Source: Lama guanicoe | Taxonomy: Eukaryota | Direction: 5' to 3' | Assembly: GCA_013239625.1 (NCBI GenBank) | Contig: MU053559.1 | Span: forward strand, 1,565,003 to 1,629,002 | Length of the DNA: 64,000 bases | In this document: positions 62,981-64,000 of the stretch, one piece after another | How positions within the stretch are numbered: position 1 is the first letter of the stretch | How the letters are laid out: each line of letters opens with the position of its first letter | Position numbers and translations under genes: made by a program | Notes under the pieces: generated by a model | What the model was told of the DNA's origin: nothing | The model's database searches: none | What the model saw: the letters and a program-made list of their open reading frames with translations, nothing else

Positions 62981-64000
62981 CTAGATCTCTTACAAGGAAG
63001 TTCAGGGCTCCAAAGTGAGTGGAGAGCAAGAGCGTAGAGTGAGCCAGGCAGGAACCAGGTTGCCTTTTATGACCTAGCTTCACAAGTTGCCATATTCTAT
63101 TCTCTGAGGCAGTCATAAGGGTCCACCGAAGTTCAAGGGAGAGGGATCATAGATGCCACCTCTTGATGGGGGACTGGCAAGGTTCTGGATGAACATGTGA
63201 GATTGGAAACATGGTTTTGGGCAACTTTGGAAAATACAACCTGCCCTAAATCCTAAAAAAATCTGTACTTTTACTTTTAAGGTAGCACCTGAGTTGTCCT
63301 CTGTGTGAGCTACAGAGAAAATCTCTTTCCTTGACTTCTGGGAATTCATGACGCTGTAATATTCAATACTATGCTCAATATGGACAATTTTCAGCAAGCA
63401 TGGCTTTTAGTGAGTCTCCAGAAATTAGATCAAGTTGTCCCATTGCTTTTTGAAACTTTCTCTGTCACTAACCATGTTTTTAGTGTTTGCAATTTCATTG
63501 GGAACTTGCATGGAACTTCAAAGTGTATGGATTTTTGTAGTGGCTGGATGACAGCCTGCAGGAACAGGGAAAGATGCTAGCTAAAATCTAGATGAAGAGA
63601 TTCTCTGGCTGCCAAGAAAGTACTAAGCAGGCTTGGCAGAGTGGTCTGCTAGACGGGAACCAGGAAGGCTACAGTGCTCCAAATATCTTTCTTTCCTAAT
63701 GCCATCTCTACTCTATTATTACTCCTTTTAGTTAAGTGTTGCTTTCTCCAATGATTCCTCTTAAAATTGCAAACTCCTCTGGGAGAGAAAACACCGACAG
63801 TTGGTGCAAATTTCAAAGGATAAACACGTGTGATCACAGTGCTAGGCACTGGGAATTCAGTGATGAATAATTTGATCTCTTTTCTGCCTTGACCAGAGGA
63901 ATGAGGTAGATTGAAAATTCTAGTTCCTGAGGATTTGTTCCAAAGAGGCTTTATCATCCAGAGTCCACTTTATAGTTTTTTTAATTTTCCCAGAGCTGGG

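Larger units (their letters stand above)
60910..63245 (-). mobile_element. MaLR LTR (MLT1G/H-like) split by L1
   Basis: Left ttattgctgtg...aaatttagtagcttaaaa; right ccttttatgacctagc...gttcaaggggagggatcatagatgccacctcttgatggg...tttggaaaatacaa. Confidence 0.75.

Noticed and set aside
102..63957. The many 60-160 aa ORFs in the ORF track as host genes
   Set aside because: Most lie inside recognisable repeats or are low-complexity. None resembles a protein family I know except L1 ORF1/ORF2 remnants.
1..64000. CRISPR array, operon, or prokaryotic/viral defence system
   Set aside because: There is no regularly spaced repeat-spacer array, gene-dense tract, or retroviral internal (gag/pol/env) or other viral coding sequence that I can recognise. 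The content is ordinary mammalian repeat-rich DNA.

Overview
Mammalian genomic DNA, very probably camelid (alpaca/llama/camel). The evidence is six tRNA-Ala-derived SINEs of the vic-1 type and many young cetartiodactyl-type L1 3' ends. The window is repeat-dense intergenic or intronic sequence, with well over half recognisable by eye as L1, L2, MIR, MaLR/ERVL/ERV1 solo LTRs or hAT (MER) fragments, often nested. There is one 157-N assembly gap. I find no supportable host protein-coding exon; the only protein-like ORFs are decayed L1 ORF1/ORF2. I cannot support a new biological system here. The most interesting items are: (1) a ~450-bp non-repeat orphan retrocopy with TSD, ATTAAA and a short tail that splits an L1ME element (30067-30518); (2) an unexplained multi-hairpin stretch trailing stacked L1 3' ends (5726-5890); (3) a tailless U2 snRNA 5'-fragment retropseudogene (4523-4556); (4) an ERV LTR family with GAS and kB-like motifs, one copy chimeric with a 189-bp duplication; (5) a TATA plus perfect splice-donor promoter candidate (49812-49859). 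Repeat family names come from recalled consensus similarity, not a database search. Boundaries without a TSD are approximate.
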